From an uncultured virus (IMG/VR IMGVR_UViG_3300050821_007029) (lineage: Duplodnaviria; Heunggongvirae; Uroviricota; Caudoviricetes), in the IMG/VR virus record IMGVR_UViG_3300050821_007029: a stretch of DNA of 61,390 nucleotides; one strand, given 5' to 3'. Shown here piece after piece: positions 37,222 through 47,264 of the stretch. The first letter of the stretch is position 1. Every line of letters begins with the position of its first letter. The notes below the pieces were generated by a model. That model saw only the letters and a list, made by a program, of their open reading frames with translations. It did no database searches and was not told where the DNA came from. The translations under genes were made by a program, and so were the position numbers.

Positions 37222-38061
37222 TCAGGCGGGCACCGGCTCACGGGGCCTAAACCAAGTTGCTGGGCAACGGCGCTCGAACACCCAGCGGGGCCACGACTCG
37301 TCCACGTCGACGGGCTTGACCGCGAGGCCGCCGCCGTTCTCCCCGGTGCGGTAGCGGGTGCCGTCAGCGATCAGCTTGCCCTCGGGGGAGTTCAGGAGTT
37401 CGGTGTGGCAGGTGGCGGTGTCGAGTTTCTGTTTCTGCGCTTCGGGGCCGCCGAGCCACGACAGGTGCCAGCCGCCCCGCGCGAACTGGGGATAGACGCC
37501 ACGGCTGTCCCGGAGTTCAGCGAGCCCTGTCGCGCCGGTGATCCGCGACCGCAGGAACCCCAGCCGCGCCGCGACGCACGTCGGCGGCAAGGGGGCGGCG
37601 ACTTCCCAGTCGACGGCGAACACACAGGTCCGCATCCGCACCGCGGTGATCCACGGCCCCTCCCAGGCGAGGAGTTCCGCTGAGGGGAGTTCATCGAGGT
37701 CACCGATGATGACCAGGTCGCCGTCGGCGCCGAGTTCGTCGATGACGCGCCACGCGGAGTTCCGCTGGTGATGCTCGTTGACCCACGGGTCCGCGCCCGC
37801 CCGCAGGTCGTTGTCAATGACGTAGTGAAAGCGATCCGACCACCGGCGGAACAGCGACCGCGTCAGCCCGTACACGAGTGGTTTCGTCACACCCCGGTGT
37901 GTCATGGGGGCTTCGACGACGACATGCTGCACGTCGAACCCGTCGAGTTCGTTGAGGCGGCATTCCAGCATCGGCAGCTCGCCCCGGAACATCACCGGGC
38001 ACCAGACCGTCACCCCATGGTCCTGGGAAGCGGCGGCGGTGTCATGCAGAAAAGCTAACAC
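37222..38061 (-). CDS. GT17 (MGAT3/GnT-III-like) glycosyltransferase
   Basis: F..E..MLECRLNEL...VVVEA..THRG..KP, E.HQRN, IGDLDELP and GGWHLSW motifs. Alternative start GTG 38013. Confidence 0.85.
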   Translation of the reverse strand: MLAFLHDTAAASQDHGVTVWCPVMFRGELPMLECRLNELDGFDVQHVVVEAPMTHRGVTKPLVYGLTRSLFRRWSDRFHYVIDNDLRAGADPWVNEHHQRNSAWRVIDELGADGDLVIIGDLDELPSAELLAWEGPWITAVRMRTCVFAVDWEVAAPLPPTCVAARLGFLRSRITGATGLAELRDSRGVYPQFARGGWHLSWLGGPEAQKQKLDTATCHTELLNSPEGKLIADGTRYRTGENGGGLAVKPVDVDESWPRWVFERRCPATWFRPREPVPA

Positions 38062-38780
38062 GCCCGGTCAAGGACACGGCGGACCTTGCCGACGTCGCCG
38101 TCGATTCCCCGCCGCCCGCCGGCCAGCCACGCGTTGTACGCGGCCTCGTCCGCCGCCCACAGGGGCTCAGCTTCCCGGTAGGTGTCGTCCCACACGCCGG
38201 TGACGAGACGATGCTGATGCTCGATCACGACGTCCGGCAGGTACCGGAGGCAGCCCGCGCGGTTCCCCAGGTCCTTGATGATGTTGTCGCCGAAGAAATG
38301 AGACACCGTGGGGTGGATGACCCAGCCGAGCGCCACCACGATCGGGGTGGACACCACCCACGCGGTGGGCAGCCGCTCACCCATGATCTTGTCGTCACCG
38401 TAGGCGAACCCGCCGTCCGCGACGGCGTCGAGGAGCAGCGTGTCCCACCCGGGGGTGCGGGGGCAGTGGTCGTCGCCGAGGGACATCACCGCCCGGTAGC
38501 GGCTCAGCCGCGCCGGTGACGCCGCCTCGTTCGTCCACCCGCCCAGTGTCTTGCGCGGCCCCGACATCCACGCCACCGGGATCCTTGACCGCTGCCCCAT
38601 CACCGCCGCCATATAGGCGTTGAGGCCTTCAGGGTCGTCGCCGTCGACGCAGAACACGACGTCGGTCGCCGCCGTAGACGTCGACTCGACCGCGAGGACC
38701 AGGTCCCGCGCTTTGCGCACCCGCCCCCGGGTGGGGACGATCAGCAGCAGATCACGGAGCTCACCCGCCACGGGGTTCAC
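38055..38780 (-). CDS. GT2-like glycosyltransferase
   Basis: IVPTRGR, VDGDDP, GDDHCPRTPGWD and IEHQH motifs. Confidence 0.8.
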   Translation of the reverse strand: MNPVAGELRDLLLIVPTRGRVRKARDLVLAVESTSTAATDVVFCVDGDDPEGLNAYMAAVMGQRSRIPVAWMSGPRKTLGGWTNEAASPARLSRYRAVMSLGDDHCPRTPGWDTLLLDAVADGGFAYGDDKIMGERLPTAWVVSTPIVVALGWVIHPTVSHFFGDNIIKDLGNRAGCLRYLPDVVIEHQHRLVTGVWDDTYREAEPLWAADEAAYNAWLAGGRRGIDGDVGKVRRVLDRAC

Positions 38781-39318
38781 CTTCGGCGATGAACGCGCCC
38801 GTCAGCGACCCCGGTGTCAGCGGCCCCGTATGCGCGACGATCCCCGGGAACGTCGCCAGGACCTCCTCCACCGACCAGTGATAGACGTGAGCCTCGAACG
38901 GGTTGCCTTCCATCTCACCCTGCTCGTACCGGTGAACCGGCAGGTTGATCACCAGCCACCTCGCCACTTTCCGCGCCCGCGCCCACAGGGCGATGGCGTC
39001 TTCCGGCGGCATGTGCTCGACCACGTCGCAGAACAGGTACAGATCAGCCTCGGGGAGGACGAGCTCCCGGGCGTCGCCGCGGATGACGTGCTGATAGCGG
39101 AAGTTCAGCGCGAACCGCGCGACGTAGGGCTCCCAGATTTCAATGGCCGTCCACGGCGCCCTCGGCCGCGTCCAGTCGGCGGGCAGCCAGGGGCCGTAGA
39201 ACTCCTTCGCCGTCCCCGCGCCCGCGCCGACGTCCACCACCGACTCAGGCACCGGATCGCGGAGGTTCAGCAGCTGGGCGAGGATCCACCGGCGGCACGA
39301 CGGGTCCGAGTAAGGCAC
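38761..39318 (-). CDS. class I SAM-dependent methyltransferase
   Basis: VVDVGAGAG, AIEIWEPY, GDA and DVVEHM motifs. Confidence 0.85.
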   Translation of the reverse strand: MPYSDPSCRRWILAQLLNLRDPVPESVVDVGAGAGTAKEFYGPWLPADWTRPRAPWTAIEIWEPYVARFALNFRYQHVIRGDARELVLPEADLYLFCDVVEHMPPEDAIALWARARKVARWLVINLPVHRYEQGEMEGNPFEAHVYHWSVEEVLATFPGIVAHTGPLTPGSLTGAFIAEGEPRGG

Positions 39319-39327
39319 CGGGCCAGC

Positions 39328-39972
39328 CTAGCGGGGGACGTCGCTGACCGGCAGCCACCGGAAACACGGCACCCCGGTCACCTCCAGCGGCGCCACATAC
39401 CCCTCACGCCGCCAGGGGCCCTGCACGGTGTCCTGGGAGTCGTGGCGGTAGTGGTACAGCCGCCGCGGCAGATACGTTTCCGTCCGCACATGGGGGCGGA
39501 CCTTCGCCGCCCACGTCGAATCCTCCGGCCACCCCACCCGGAAGTCACCCAGGCGGGCGAGCTCAGCGCGGATCGGCTGAATGTGGGTCAGGTCCCGGTA
39601 CAAGCCGATCGGCGAATCATGCGGCTCGTGGCGGATCGAGCAGTCCACCAGCGGCCCCGGCACACCATCGTGGGTGTACAGCATCTGGAAGGCCACCACG
39701 TCCGGGCCGCTGGCCAGCGCCGTCAGGAGCGACTGGACGAAATCAGCGGGAACCATGTCGTCGTCGTCCACGAAACTCACGTACTCGCCCCGCGCCGACT
39801 CAAGCAGCGCCTGCCGGATCGATCCGAGGGCACGTTCACCGTGGTTGTGGCACGCCACCACCTCCACCACCCCCGCCTCCATCACCTGCGGGAGGAGAAC
39901 GCCGAGGAGCTCACTGAACTTGTCCCGCCGCCATCCCAAGTGCGCGATCAGCACTGACCAGCGGGGTGTCAC
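39328..39972 (-). CDS. GT2-family glycosyltransferase
   Basis: WSVLIAH, ARGEYVSFVDDDD, PEDSTW and LYHY motifs. GTG 39972 overlaps the upstream stop. Confidence 0.85.
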   Translation of the reverse strand: MTPRWSVLIAHLGWRRDKFSELLGVLLPQVMEAGVVEVVACHNHGERALGSIRQALLESARGEYVSFVDDDDMVPADFVQSLLTALASGPDVVAFQMLYTHDGVPGPLVDCSIRHEPHDSPIGLYRDLTHIQPIRAELARLGDFRVGWPEDSTWAAKVRPHVRTETYLPRRLYHYRHDSQDTVQGPWRREGYVAPLEVTGVPCFRWLPVSDVPR

Positions 39973-40403
39973 AGCAGATGCCATTCGACGAGCAGCCCCC
40001 CCGCGAAACTCAGCACCGCCGCGCCCGCGAGCAGCACACCCGTCTTCGCGATGGCCCGCCATCCCCGTTCGGGCCGCAGCCACACGATCAGGCCACCCAG
40101 CGCGGCGGTGACCAGCGTCGCCCATCCCAGCGCCACCCACCCCGACCACAGCAGATACGGCACCCCCGGCGCCAGCGTCCCCGCGACCGTCGCCACGCCG
40201 CACGCCACCGCGGCACCCCGGCCGTCTTCCGGCGCGGACTCGTACTGGCCGCCGGCCATCCCCGAGAACGACGCCATCCCCGTCGACACCGCCGCCGCCC
40301 AGATCGCCGTATGCGGCTGATGGGAGATCGTCATGCCCAGCCCCAGCCCAAGCATCGACGTCACCCCGTCAAACCCGCCGAACACTATGGGCTTAGCTTT
40401 CAT
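39969..40403 (-). CDS. VIT1/CCC1-like membrane protein
   Basis: IVFGGFDGVTSMLG and SGMAGGQY motifs; about five hydrophobic segments. Confidence 0.7.
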   Translation of the reverse strand: MKAKPIVFGGFDGVTSMLGLGLGMTISHQPHTAIWAAAVSTGMASFSGMAGGQYESAPEDGRGAAVACGVATVAGTLAPGVPYLLWSGWVALGWATLVTAALGGLIVWLRPERGWRAIAKTGVLLAGAAVLSFAGGLLVEWHLL

Positions 40404-40969
40404 GAGCGCCGCTTACGCGCGATCGCCATCCCGTACCGCAGCCGCACCTCATCACATTCAGCGTCACGCGGGTACAGCAGCCGCGCCAGGTCCGTCACCG
40501 ACGCCGCCAGGTAATCCCCGTCGGGGCGTTCCAGCGCCATGAACCAGTCCTCGATGACGTAGTAGCCACCGGGTGCGACCAGCGGCCACAGCATCCCGAA
40601 ACACGCGCGGGTCTGCGGCCCCATATGGGACGCGTCGTCGACGATCAGGTCGTACTGGCCCGGGCCGAGAAGCTCCGGCAGCCGCGGGTCGTCCTGCGCG
40701 GCGACGACCTGGCGGGTGCCGTCCGGCCACACCCGCCCATCGACGTTGAAATCGACACCGGTGACCTCACCGAGGGGGAACAGGGCCTGCCACATGCGCA
40801 AACTCTCACCCTTCCAGATCCCGATCTCACACACCCGCCCCCTGGGGCCGATGTCAGCGGCGATCTCGACGTAGGTGGCGAAATACCCATGCTCGGTGAT
40901 CTTGTCCGTGTGGAAGGTGGCACCCGCCGCCACGACACGTTCCAGGTCCTCTATCTCGTTCTGCCGCAA
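40400..40969 (-). CDS. class I SAM-dependent sugar O-methyltransferase-like protein
   Basis: TDK..HGY..TY, EIGIWKGESLRMW..LFP, DLIVDDASH and PGGYYVIED motifs. TTG start with GGAGG RBS. Confidence 0.85.
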   Translation of the reverse strand: MRQNEIEDLERVVAAGATFHTDKITEHGYFATYVEIAADIGPRGRVCEIGIWKGESLRMWQALFPLGEVTGVDFNVDGRVWPDGTRQVVAAQDDPRLPELLGPGQYDLIVDDASHMGPQTRACFGMLWPLVAPGGYYVIEDWFMALERPDGDYLAASVTDLARLLYPRDAECDEVRLRYGMAIARKRRS

Positions 40970-40992
40970 CCCAGCCGCCTCCCCGCTATCGC

Positions 40993-42141
40993 TCAGATTC
41001 TCGCCTGGATCGCCTCGAGCGCCGGAACCCAGAATTTCTCCAGCACCAGGTCCACGTCGTAGGTGAGCGCGTGCGGCCGCGCCGCCGCCGCCTTCGCCTG
41101 GTACGCCGCGCCCCGCTCGTACGCCTTCTCATAGACCCGGTAAATGTCGTCGATGAACGGGGTCGTCCACTGCGACTCATGACCCCACGCGTACGCCGGC
41201 TGCCCCCGCACCTTCCACGCCGGCCCACCCACCTCGTCCGACGCCGACCCTTTCGTCACCACCGCTGGCGTCCCGCACGCCATGCCTTCCAGCGGCGTCA
41301 TCCCAAACCCCTCCGCCTGCGTGCAGCCCGAGATCAGGTGCGACATCCCATAGGTGCCAGCCATCATCCGCGGTGTCACGAGGCCCGCCGTGGTCAGGTA
41401 CTGGTCCGACCACCGCACCGCGGGGCTGATGCCCAGCCGGTCCGCCAGCGTCGCCAGGTCATTCCCATACGCTGGATGCCGCTGCGTGTGAACCACCAGG
41501 ATCGCGTCGTCGTGGCGTTTCAGCAGCCGCGCGAACGCGTAAAACTGCTCGAACCATGCCTTCCGGTACGACTTGTTGTTCGCGGCGACGATCAGCACCA
41601 CGAATTTCCCCTGCACCCCCATCGCTTTCCGCAGCGCGTCCCGGTCCTCCGGCGGCCGGAACACCTTCGTGGTGTCCAGACCATGCGGCACGTACAGGGG
41701 GTCGAAGCCGGCGTCGCGCAGCTGCGCCTCACCGAACCGGGACACCGCGATCGGGATCGCTCTCGTCTCCATCAGCTTCGTGTGGTCCCGCAAACTGAGC
41801 GGCTCACAATCCACCGGCATCCAGCACGCCATCGGGCACGGCAAGCTCGCTGGGTCCACCTCACACGCCCACTGATCCATCAGCGAGATGATCAGATCAG
41901 CGCCGAAATGCCGCGCGTGGGAACCAAGGATGTCACCCCCATACGGGGCGCTGTCCGTCCCCGCGTACACCGTGAACCCATTCCACTCACGCGGCGACCC
42001 CCGCAGCCCATGAAACGCCATGATCGCCATCTCATAGCCCAGGCCCGCCAACCCCGGCACCCACAGCGCCGTCTGCTCCGCGTAAGCCGTCCCATCCCAC
42101 GGCGCGTTAGACACCCACAGGATCCGGCGGATCTCCTTCAC
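40993..42141 (-). CDS. GT4-family (GT-B) glycosyltransferase
   Basis: RILWVSNAPW, YVPHGLD, RKAW and EGFGMTPLEGMACGTP (Ex7E) motifs. Confidence 0.9.
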   Translation of the reverse strand: MKEIRRILWVSNAPWDGTAYAEQTALWVPGLAGLGYEMAIMAFHGLRGSPREWNGFTVYAGTDSAPYGGDILGSHARHFGADLIISLMDQWACEVDPASLPCPMACWMPVDCEPLSLRDHTKLMETRAIPIAVSRFGEAQLRDAGFDPLYVPHGLDTTKVFRPPEDRDALRKAMGVQGKFVVLIVAANNKSYRKAWFEQFYAFARLLKRHDDAILVVHTQRHPAYGNDLATLADRLGISPAVRWSDQYLTTAGLVTPRMMAGTYGMSHLISGCTQAEGFGMTPLEGMACGTPAVVTKGSASDEVGGPAWKVRGQPAYAWGHESQWTTPFIDDIYRVYEKAYERGAAYQAKAAAARPHALTYDVDLVLEKFWVPALEAIQARI

Positions 42142-42184
42142 CAGCGTGGATCGTAATGCTCGTAGCGGTATTGCGGTGACGGAT

Positions 42185-42568
42185 TCACTCGCCCTCCTCC
42201 CGCGGCGCCTTGGCTTTCCCCGCACCCCGCGGGCCGGTCCCCTTCGGTTTCGCCTCCGACCGCACCAGGATCGTGACCGTCGCCCCGTTGTCGTCGAACG
42301 GCATGTCCTCCACCGCCGCCGCGTACACCTCATCGCCCTCGGACACCTGCGACGACCACTGGCTGTCCATCACGAAATGCCCCGCGCTGGCGCCATCCTC
42401 ATCTTTCAGCTCCGGGCCGCCCACGGCGAAACTTGGCCCCACCGATGAGCCGCCCGCTGGGAACGCCTTCGCCCGGATCTCCACCTCCAGGTCCCCCGCC
42501 TCAGCCGTGTACACGAGTTTCCCTTTGCGGTCGTTGGGGAGGACGCGGCGGAACGTGCGGAACGGCAT
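42185..42568 (-). CDS. hypothetical protein (possible capsid accessory)
   Basis: GGAGG RBS before ATG 42568; beta-rich with a basic tail. Confidence 0.6.
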   Translation of the reverse strand: MPFRTFRRVLPNDRKGKLVYTAEAGDLEVEIRAKAFPAGGSSVGPSFAVGGPELKDEDGASAGHFVMDSQWSSQVSEGDEVYAAAVEDMPFDDNGATVTILVRSEAKPKGTGPRGAGKAKAPREEGE

Positions 42569-42687
42569 CAGAGGACCTCCGTGGGGCGCGTGTGGCGCCA
42601 GCCTAGCCCCCGGACAGCGTGACGCCCCGGACCTGGCGGAAGAGAGAGGATCCGGGGCGTCACACGCACTGCCATCCACCACCGACC

Positions 42688-43032
42688 CTACGCCGGCGCC
42701 TCACCACCCGTGAACCGCGCCACCTCACGCTCCAGATCCGGCGCGTCCTCCCCACCCTCCAACACCAGATTCGCCGCCCGCGTCAAACGATTCGCCACCA
42801 GCAGCGCCTCCTCCGGGCTCAGGATCACACTGTTCACCATCTCCCCATGATCATCGACCGCCAGGCCCACCGCGCCCTCATCATGAACCACCCCACCACA
42901 GTCCTCACACGGATCCGTGTCACCCGCCCCCAGATACACGTGATCCACGATCACCGTGGCCTGCTGCCCCTCCAGCTCCAGGCGCAGCACCGACCGCTGC
43001 CGCAGCGGCACCGCCTCCGGCTCCTCGGTCAC
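42688..43032 (-). CDS. hypothetical protein
   Basis: 114 aa, acidic; overlaps the HNH stop. Confidence 0.6.
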   Translation of the reverse strand: MTEEPEAVPLRQRSVLRLELEGQQATVIVDHVYLGAGDTDPCEDCGGVVHDEGAVGLAVDDHGEMVNSVILSPEEALLVANRLTRAANLVLEGGEDAPDLEREVARFTGGEAPA

Positions 43033-43832
43033 GACACCGCCTCCGTCCTCTGGCCAGCCGGGGCCGTCCAGCCCAGGCGCTCCAGCTCAGCTGGGTAGTA
43101 GGTGGCGACGAACACGGCCAGGTCCGCTGGCCTCTGGCCCGGTGGCTGCCCGCGGCGCGTCTGCTTGCTGGGGACTGTCCACACCTCCAGGTTCTCCTCC
43201 CGGTTGTCGTCACGGATGCCGTTCTTGTGATGCACGTGCTCGAACTTCTCCAGCGGGCGGCCGAGGATCTTCTCCATGACCATCCGGTGTTCGAGGTGCT
43301 GGCGGCCGTCGATGACGAACACCCGGTAGCCGCTCTGGTTGATTGAGCCCTCACCGAACCTGTTGTTCACCCGGCCGGGCGGACCGTAGCTGCCGGTCCG
43401 GCGGAACCGCGCACGGTGCATCGAGCAGATCCGCTGGCCCACCTGGACCACGGGCTCCACGCAGCCGGGCCTTTCACACTGGAGCGGGTTCGCCTTGAGC
43501 TCCGCGTTGTTCAAGCGCTGCCGGCAGGGACTGCACATCCCCCTGGAGCCGCGAGGACCGACCAGGCGGCCGCAGCCCTCAGAACATGGCTGGTCACGCT
43601 TGAATACCTTCGGAGGCGCCTGCTCCCGGGCCGCGCGCCGCGCGGGGGCTATGACGGTGTCGTAACGCAGCTTCCGCTGCGCGGCTCTCTTCTCGCGGTT
43701 CGCGGCGTAGTCGTTTCGCTTCGCCGCCCGTTCCGCCTCAGCGCACGGCTCGCATGGTTCCTCGCCGTAATAGCGGTGACGCTTAGCTCCGGCGGAGGTG
43801 CCGCAAGGCTGCGGGGTCTTAGTGTTGGCCAC
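43029..43832 (-). CDS. free-standing HNH homing endonuclease
   Basis: [15 protein letters not shown]...[18 protein letters not shown], with N-terminal Cys clusters. GGAGG RBS. Confidence 0.9.
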   Translation of the reverse strand: MANTKTPQPCGTSAGAKRHRYYGEEPCEPCAEAERAAKRNDYAANREKRAAQRKLRYDTVIAPARRAAREQAPPKVFKRDQPCSEGCGRLVGPRGSRGMCSPCRQRLNNAELKANPLQCERPGCVEPVVQVGQRICSMHRARFRRTGSYGPPGRVNNRFGEGSINQSGYRVFVIDGRQHLEHRMVMEKILGRPLEKFEHVHHKNGIRDDNREENLEVWTVPSKQTRRGQPPGQRPADLAVFVATYYPAELERLGWTAPAGQRTEAVS

Positions 43833-43861
43833 GTCGTCTTCCTCCTGCATAGGGAGATGAC

Positions 43862-43893
43862 TCAGGCCGGGAGACCCAACTCTCCCGGCCTGA
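43862..43893. terminator. perfect 13-bp stem hairpin downstream of the capsid gene
   Basis: TCAGGCCGGGAGA-CCCAAC-TCTCCCGGCCTGA. A T-run follows on the + strand only. A TGGTAGACT -10 lies at about 43912-43920 on the - strand. Confidence 0.55.
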
Positions 43894-43925
43894 CTTTTGG
43901 GTCTCAACCCAAGTCTACCACATGG

Positions 43926-46900
43926 TCAGGTTGTAACGAGCAACCGAAAAGCGTTGTACGCAAGGACCTGACTATTGTTAAACCATATGGCCAGAATGCC
44001 CCGCTGCCCGAGCGGGTATCTGTTCGTAGGGCCGAAGAGGTGTGGGATCAATTCAATGCCCATCCCAACGCGGTCGACAATTAGGAACTGGGAGAAATCG
44101 CCCTGAAGCAGGACTTGCGAGCCGCTGGCGATGGAGGTGGTCATGGCGGACTGTTCGTAGGCGGGGTAGCCGTTGAACGTCGCCGGGGTGCCAGCGGACG
44201 GCCGCACCCACGAGTCGAACGCCGAGGAGGCCTGGGCCTGGAACAGCTGCCGGAACCTGTTGAACGTCGTCTTCGACGCGAGGTAGGCGGACTGCTGCCG
44301 GAACCGGGGCGCCATGTTGTTCTCGAGGGAGTAGAGGTCGCCGATGGCGAGGGCGGCGGTGCCGGCCGTGGAGACGGTGGTGCCGTTGTCGTGGACGCCC
44401 TGGACGATGCCCTGGGCGGCGGGGGCGGTGCCGCTGCCGGTGGCGAATGAGGTGGCTTCCTCGACGTCCTTGGCGTCCATCAGCAGCGACGTCATCTGGC
44501 TGCGGAGCGCGCCCCAGGACACGTCGAGTTCGATGTTGAACGGGACGAAGCCCTGCACCCTTTGGGTGCGGACGTGGGGCTGGACGAACGCGGGGTCGCC
44601 GGTTCCGGCCTCAGTTCCCTCCGCGACACGGGTGACGGTGACGCCGGTGGAGGTGACGCCGTCCCATTCCTTGCCGGTGATCTGCTCGATGCGGCTGATC
44701 TGCCGCAGCGGGTTGATCGCGCCGTTGGACACGAGGATGACGGTGGGGTCCAGCTGGAACGGCACCGCGTAGCCACCGTAGGTGTCCACACCCAGCTGCA
44801 GGGCGCGGGATTCCTCGGGGGACAGCCCGGCGACGGACTGCATGCCGATCATCTTCCCGAACGCCCGGTCGTAGATCGGGCTGCCGGTGACGAGGATCCG
44901 GCGGGCGAGGGTGCCCCTGTCGTCGTCGATGGACGCGAGCATCCGCTCGATGCGTTCCTGCGCCGTTTCGCGCGTGATGCCCACGCCGTGGATGGCGGGG
45001 AACCTGGCCTGCTCCACGGCGCGCATCGCGAACTCGCGGTACAGGATGGGGACTTCCTCCATCGACCGGGCGCTGTTGCGGATCGCGGTCAGGTCGTAGA
45101 TGCTGTCCCGCTGGCTCGTCATGAACGACGGCCCCGACTGGCCGTACCGCCGTGACCCGCCGTTTGGGCCACTTTCCCCGCCGCGTGCCGGGTTGGTGTA
45201 CCCGGACCGGCTGGGCGTGTAGCCGCCACCGTCGCCGCCGTAGCCGGCGTGGCTGTTGTCGACACCTTCGGCGGAGCCTTCGGGGGGGCCCTGCTCGGCG
45301 AGGGACCGCAGGTACGCCTGACGCTGCTGGGCGTCCTGGATGGCGCGGTCGTGGATGATGAGCTCGTTCTGCAGGTCCACCCACTCAGCGCGGCGATCCT
45401 GCGGCAGCTCAGCGCCGGTGTACTGCTGGTCGATCTCCTGAAGGCGGGCGCGCACCTCAGCCTGGCGCTCGACCCTGTCTTCGATGGTCATGATCGTTGG
45501 TGCGTCTGCTCCGTCCACCTGTGGGCTCCTGGAACTCGAGTTGGAAGCCGGGTGCTTAGGCGGCGCGGCTGAAACGGCTGGTTTGCTGCCCCCGGGTGCG
45601 CCGGCGTTCCCCGTGCGGGGTGTGGCGGACGTGGCGGCGGGCTCCCTGCCGGAACTGCTAGTACCACCCTTACCACCATCACCGCCAGTTGCCGAATGAA
45701 TCGCCCTGGAATGGGCTTCCAGGTGCGCCTTAGCGGCCGCTGAGTTGGTCAGGCCCTCCGTTGAGGCGAACCTGCCAAGGGCCGCTGACACCCCGTGGGA
45801 GTTCGGCGGCCCACCCGGGTGATAGTGGTGCGGCAGCGCGTGCGACGACGCCAGTTTCGGGTCGCCGGCTTTGCGGCCCGCGCAGGTGGCGCTGAAAAAC
45901 GCCGCCGGGTCATCGGAGGCGACGCCCGCGGTCCAGACCTTCTGCGCGTCCCACGGCGAATCATCCACACCCGACGCGCGGCCGTGGCCATCGTCGGGGG
46001 CGCGCCCAGCGGACCCGGTGCCACCCGACGCGGGAGGCCGCATCATCTTCTCCTCGTCCTGCTTGTGCGTCTCCAGGTGGGCGCGGGCGGCGTCTTTCAC
46101 CGCCTTCGGCAGCCCCGGCTCGCCGTCGAGGCGGCGCATCGCGTCGTCGACCGCGATCGGGTTCGCCGCCCCCGGCTCCCCGTCCACGTCAACCTCGTGG
46201 TGGGGGAACATGCCATCGGACCGCTTGAACTCCTGCTCGCCGTTCTGGTGGTTGTACACCGCGAACTGGCCGGTCACCTGGTCGATCGCGGCGGGCCAGT
46301 TCATGTTGTCGAGGGCGTTCTTCTGATCCCACGCCGACGTCGTCACATCCGCGACCGCGGTGTGATGCGCCGGGGCGGCCCGCGCCGCGTCCGGGCCCCA
46401 CGGAGCGGCGTCCGACTTGTCGTCGTCGTCACCTTCGCCGTCGAACCCGTCACCATCCGCCGGGTCAGACAGCGACACCTTGTCCCGGGCGGCTTCCCGG
46501 GCGCGGACACCAACGACCTGAGCCGAGTCGTAGGCGGGGATGGGGGTGGCGCCGTACTCGATGAGCGCGATCTCCATCCGCGTCACCAAAGTCAGCTTCC
46601 CGTCACGGTCCGGCTCGTACATCGCGTAGGTGCCCTGCAGCTCCGGTGTGGACCGCAGGAACACCCCCGTGAAACTCATCCCCGACAGCGACCCCGACTT
46701 GATCGCGTCCAGGATGCGTTCCGACGCCGGATCCGTGTTGTACCGGGTGGAGGTGAACAGGCCCTTCGCGTCGGAGCGGATCTCCACCGGCTTCCCCACC
46801 GGCACCGACCACTCACCACTCGGCGTGCCAGCCAGTGTCTTGGCGTGGTTGTACACGCAGAAAATCTGGCTCATCCGCTCCTTCAAAGAGCGGGTGAACG

Positions 46901-47183
46901 CGCCAGGGTCGATCTGCTCCATGTACCAGCCGTCGGCGTCGCGGATCTCCGTCGGGTCCATGAACACCGCGGCGTACGCGTCGACGGTGCGGCCGTCACC
47001 GCCGGAGCGGACCTTGATGTCGGTGATGGGGAACGACCGGGTCACCATGAGCTCCGGGTCACCCGCCCGGATCAGCTGGCCTTCCGCGTCCCGCTGGGGC
47101 ATGGCCCGCCGCACCCGGCGGCTGTCCGTCGCTGTCATCGTGTCGTTCGCCTCCACCGGCGCCACTGGTGTGACAGCCGTCAA
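43926..47183 (-). CDS. HK97-type prohead protease-major capsid protein fusion
   Basis: N-terminal protease motifs (YAAVF, EQIDPGAF, YNH, GMSFTG, EYGATPIPAY). C-terminal capsid motifs (GGYAVPFQLDP, NPLRQI, GDFSQFLIVDRVG). Confidence 0.93.
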   Translation of the reverse strand: MTAVTPVAPVEANDTMTATDSRRVRRAMPQRDAEGQLIRAGDPELMVTRSFPITDIKVRSGGDGRTVDAYAAVFMDPTEIRDADGWYMEQIDPGAFTRSLKERMSQIFCVYNHAKTLAGTPSGEWSVPVGKPVEIRSDAKGLFTSTRYNTDPASERILDAIKSGSLSGMSFTGVFLRSTPELQGTYAMYEPDRDGKLTLVTRMEIALIEYGATPIPAYDSAQVVGVRAREAARDKVSLSDPADGDGFDGEGDDDDKSDAAPWGPDAARAAPAHHTAVADVTTSAWDQKNALDNMNWPAAIDQVTGQFAVYNHQNGEQEFKRSDGMFPHHEVDVDGEPGAANPIAVDDAMRRLDGEPGLPKAVKDAARAHLETHKQDEEKMMRPPASGGTGSAGRAPDDGHGRASGVDDSPWDAQKVWTAGVASDDPAAFFSATCAGRKAGDPKLASSHALPHHYHPGGPPNSHGVSAALGRFASTEGLTNSAAAKAHLEAHSRAIHSATGGDGGKGGTSSSGREPAATSATPRTGNAGAPGGSKPAVSAAPPKHPASNSSSRSPQVDGADAPTIMTIEDRVERQAEVRARLQEIDQQYTGAELPQDRRAEWVDLQNELIIHDRAIQDAQQRQAYLRSLAEQGPPEGSAEGVDNSHAGYGGDGGGYTPSRSGYTNPARGGESGPNGGSRRYGQSGPSFMTSQRDSIYDLTAIRNSARSMEEVPILYREFAMRAVEQARFPAIHGVGITRETAQERIERMLASIDDDRGTLARRILVTGSPIYDRAFGKMIGMQSVAGLSPEESRALQLGVDTYGGYAVPFQLDPTVILVSNGAINPLRQISRIEQITGKEWDGVTSTGVTVTRVAEGTEAGTGDPAFVQPHVRTQRVQGFVPFNIELDVSWGALRSQMTSLLMDAKDVEEATSFATGSGTAPAAQGIVQGVHDNGTTVSTAGTAALAIGDLYSLENNMAPRFRQQSAYLASKTTFNRFRQLFQAQASSAFDSWVRPSAGTPATFNGYPAYEQSAMTTSIASGSQVLLQGDFSQFLIVDRVGMGIELIPHLFGPTNRYPLGQRGILAIWFNNSQVLAYNAFRLLVTT

Positions 47184-47264
47184 CCACCCGGACTGCCGTT
47201 ACTGAACACGTTAGCCGTGACCAGTGAGGTTAGCGGTGGCGGCAGGCCAGACGCGGGCCCTATT

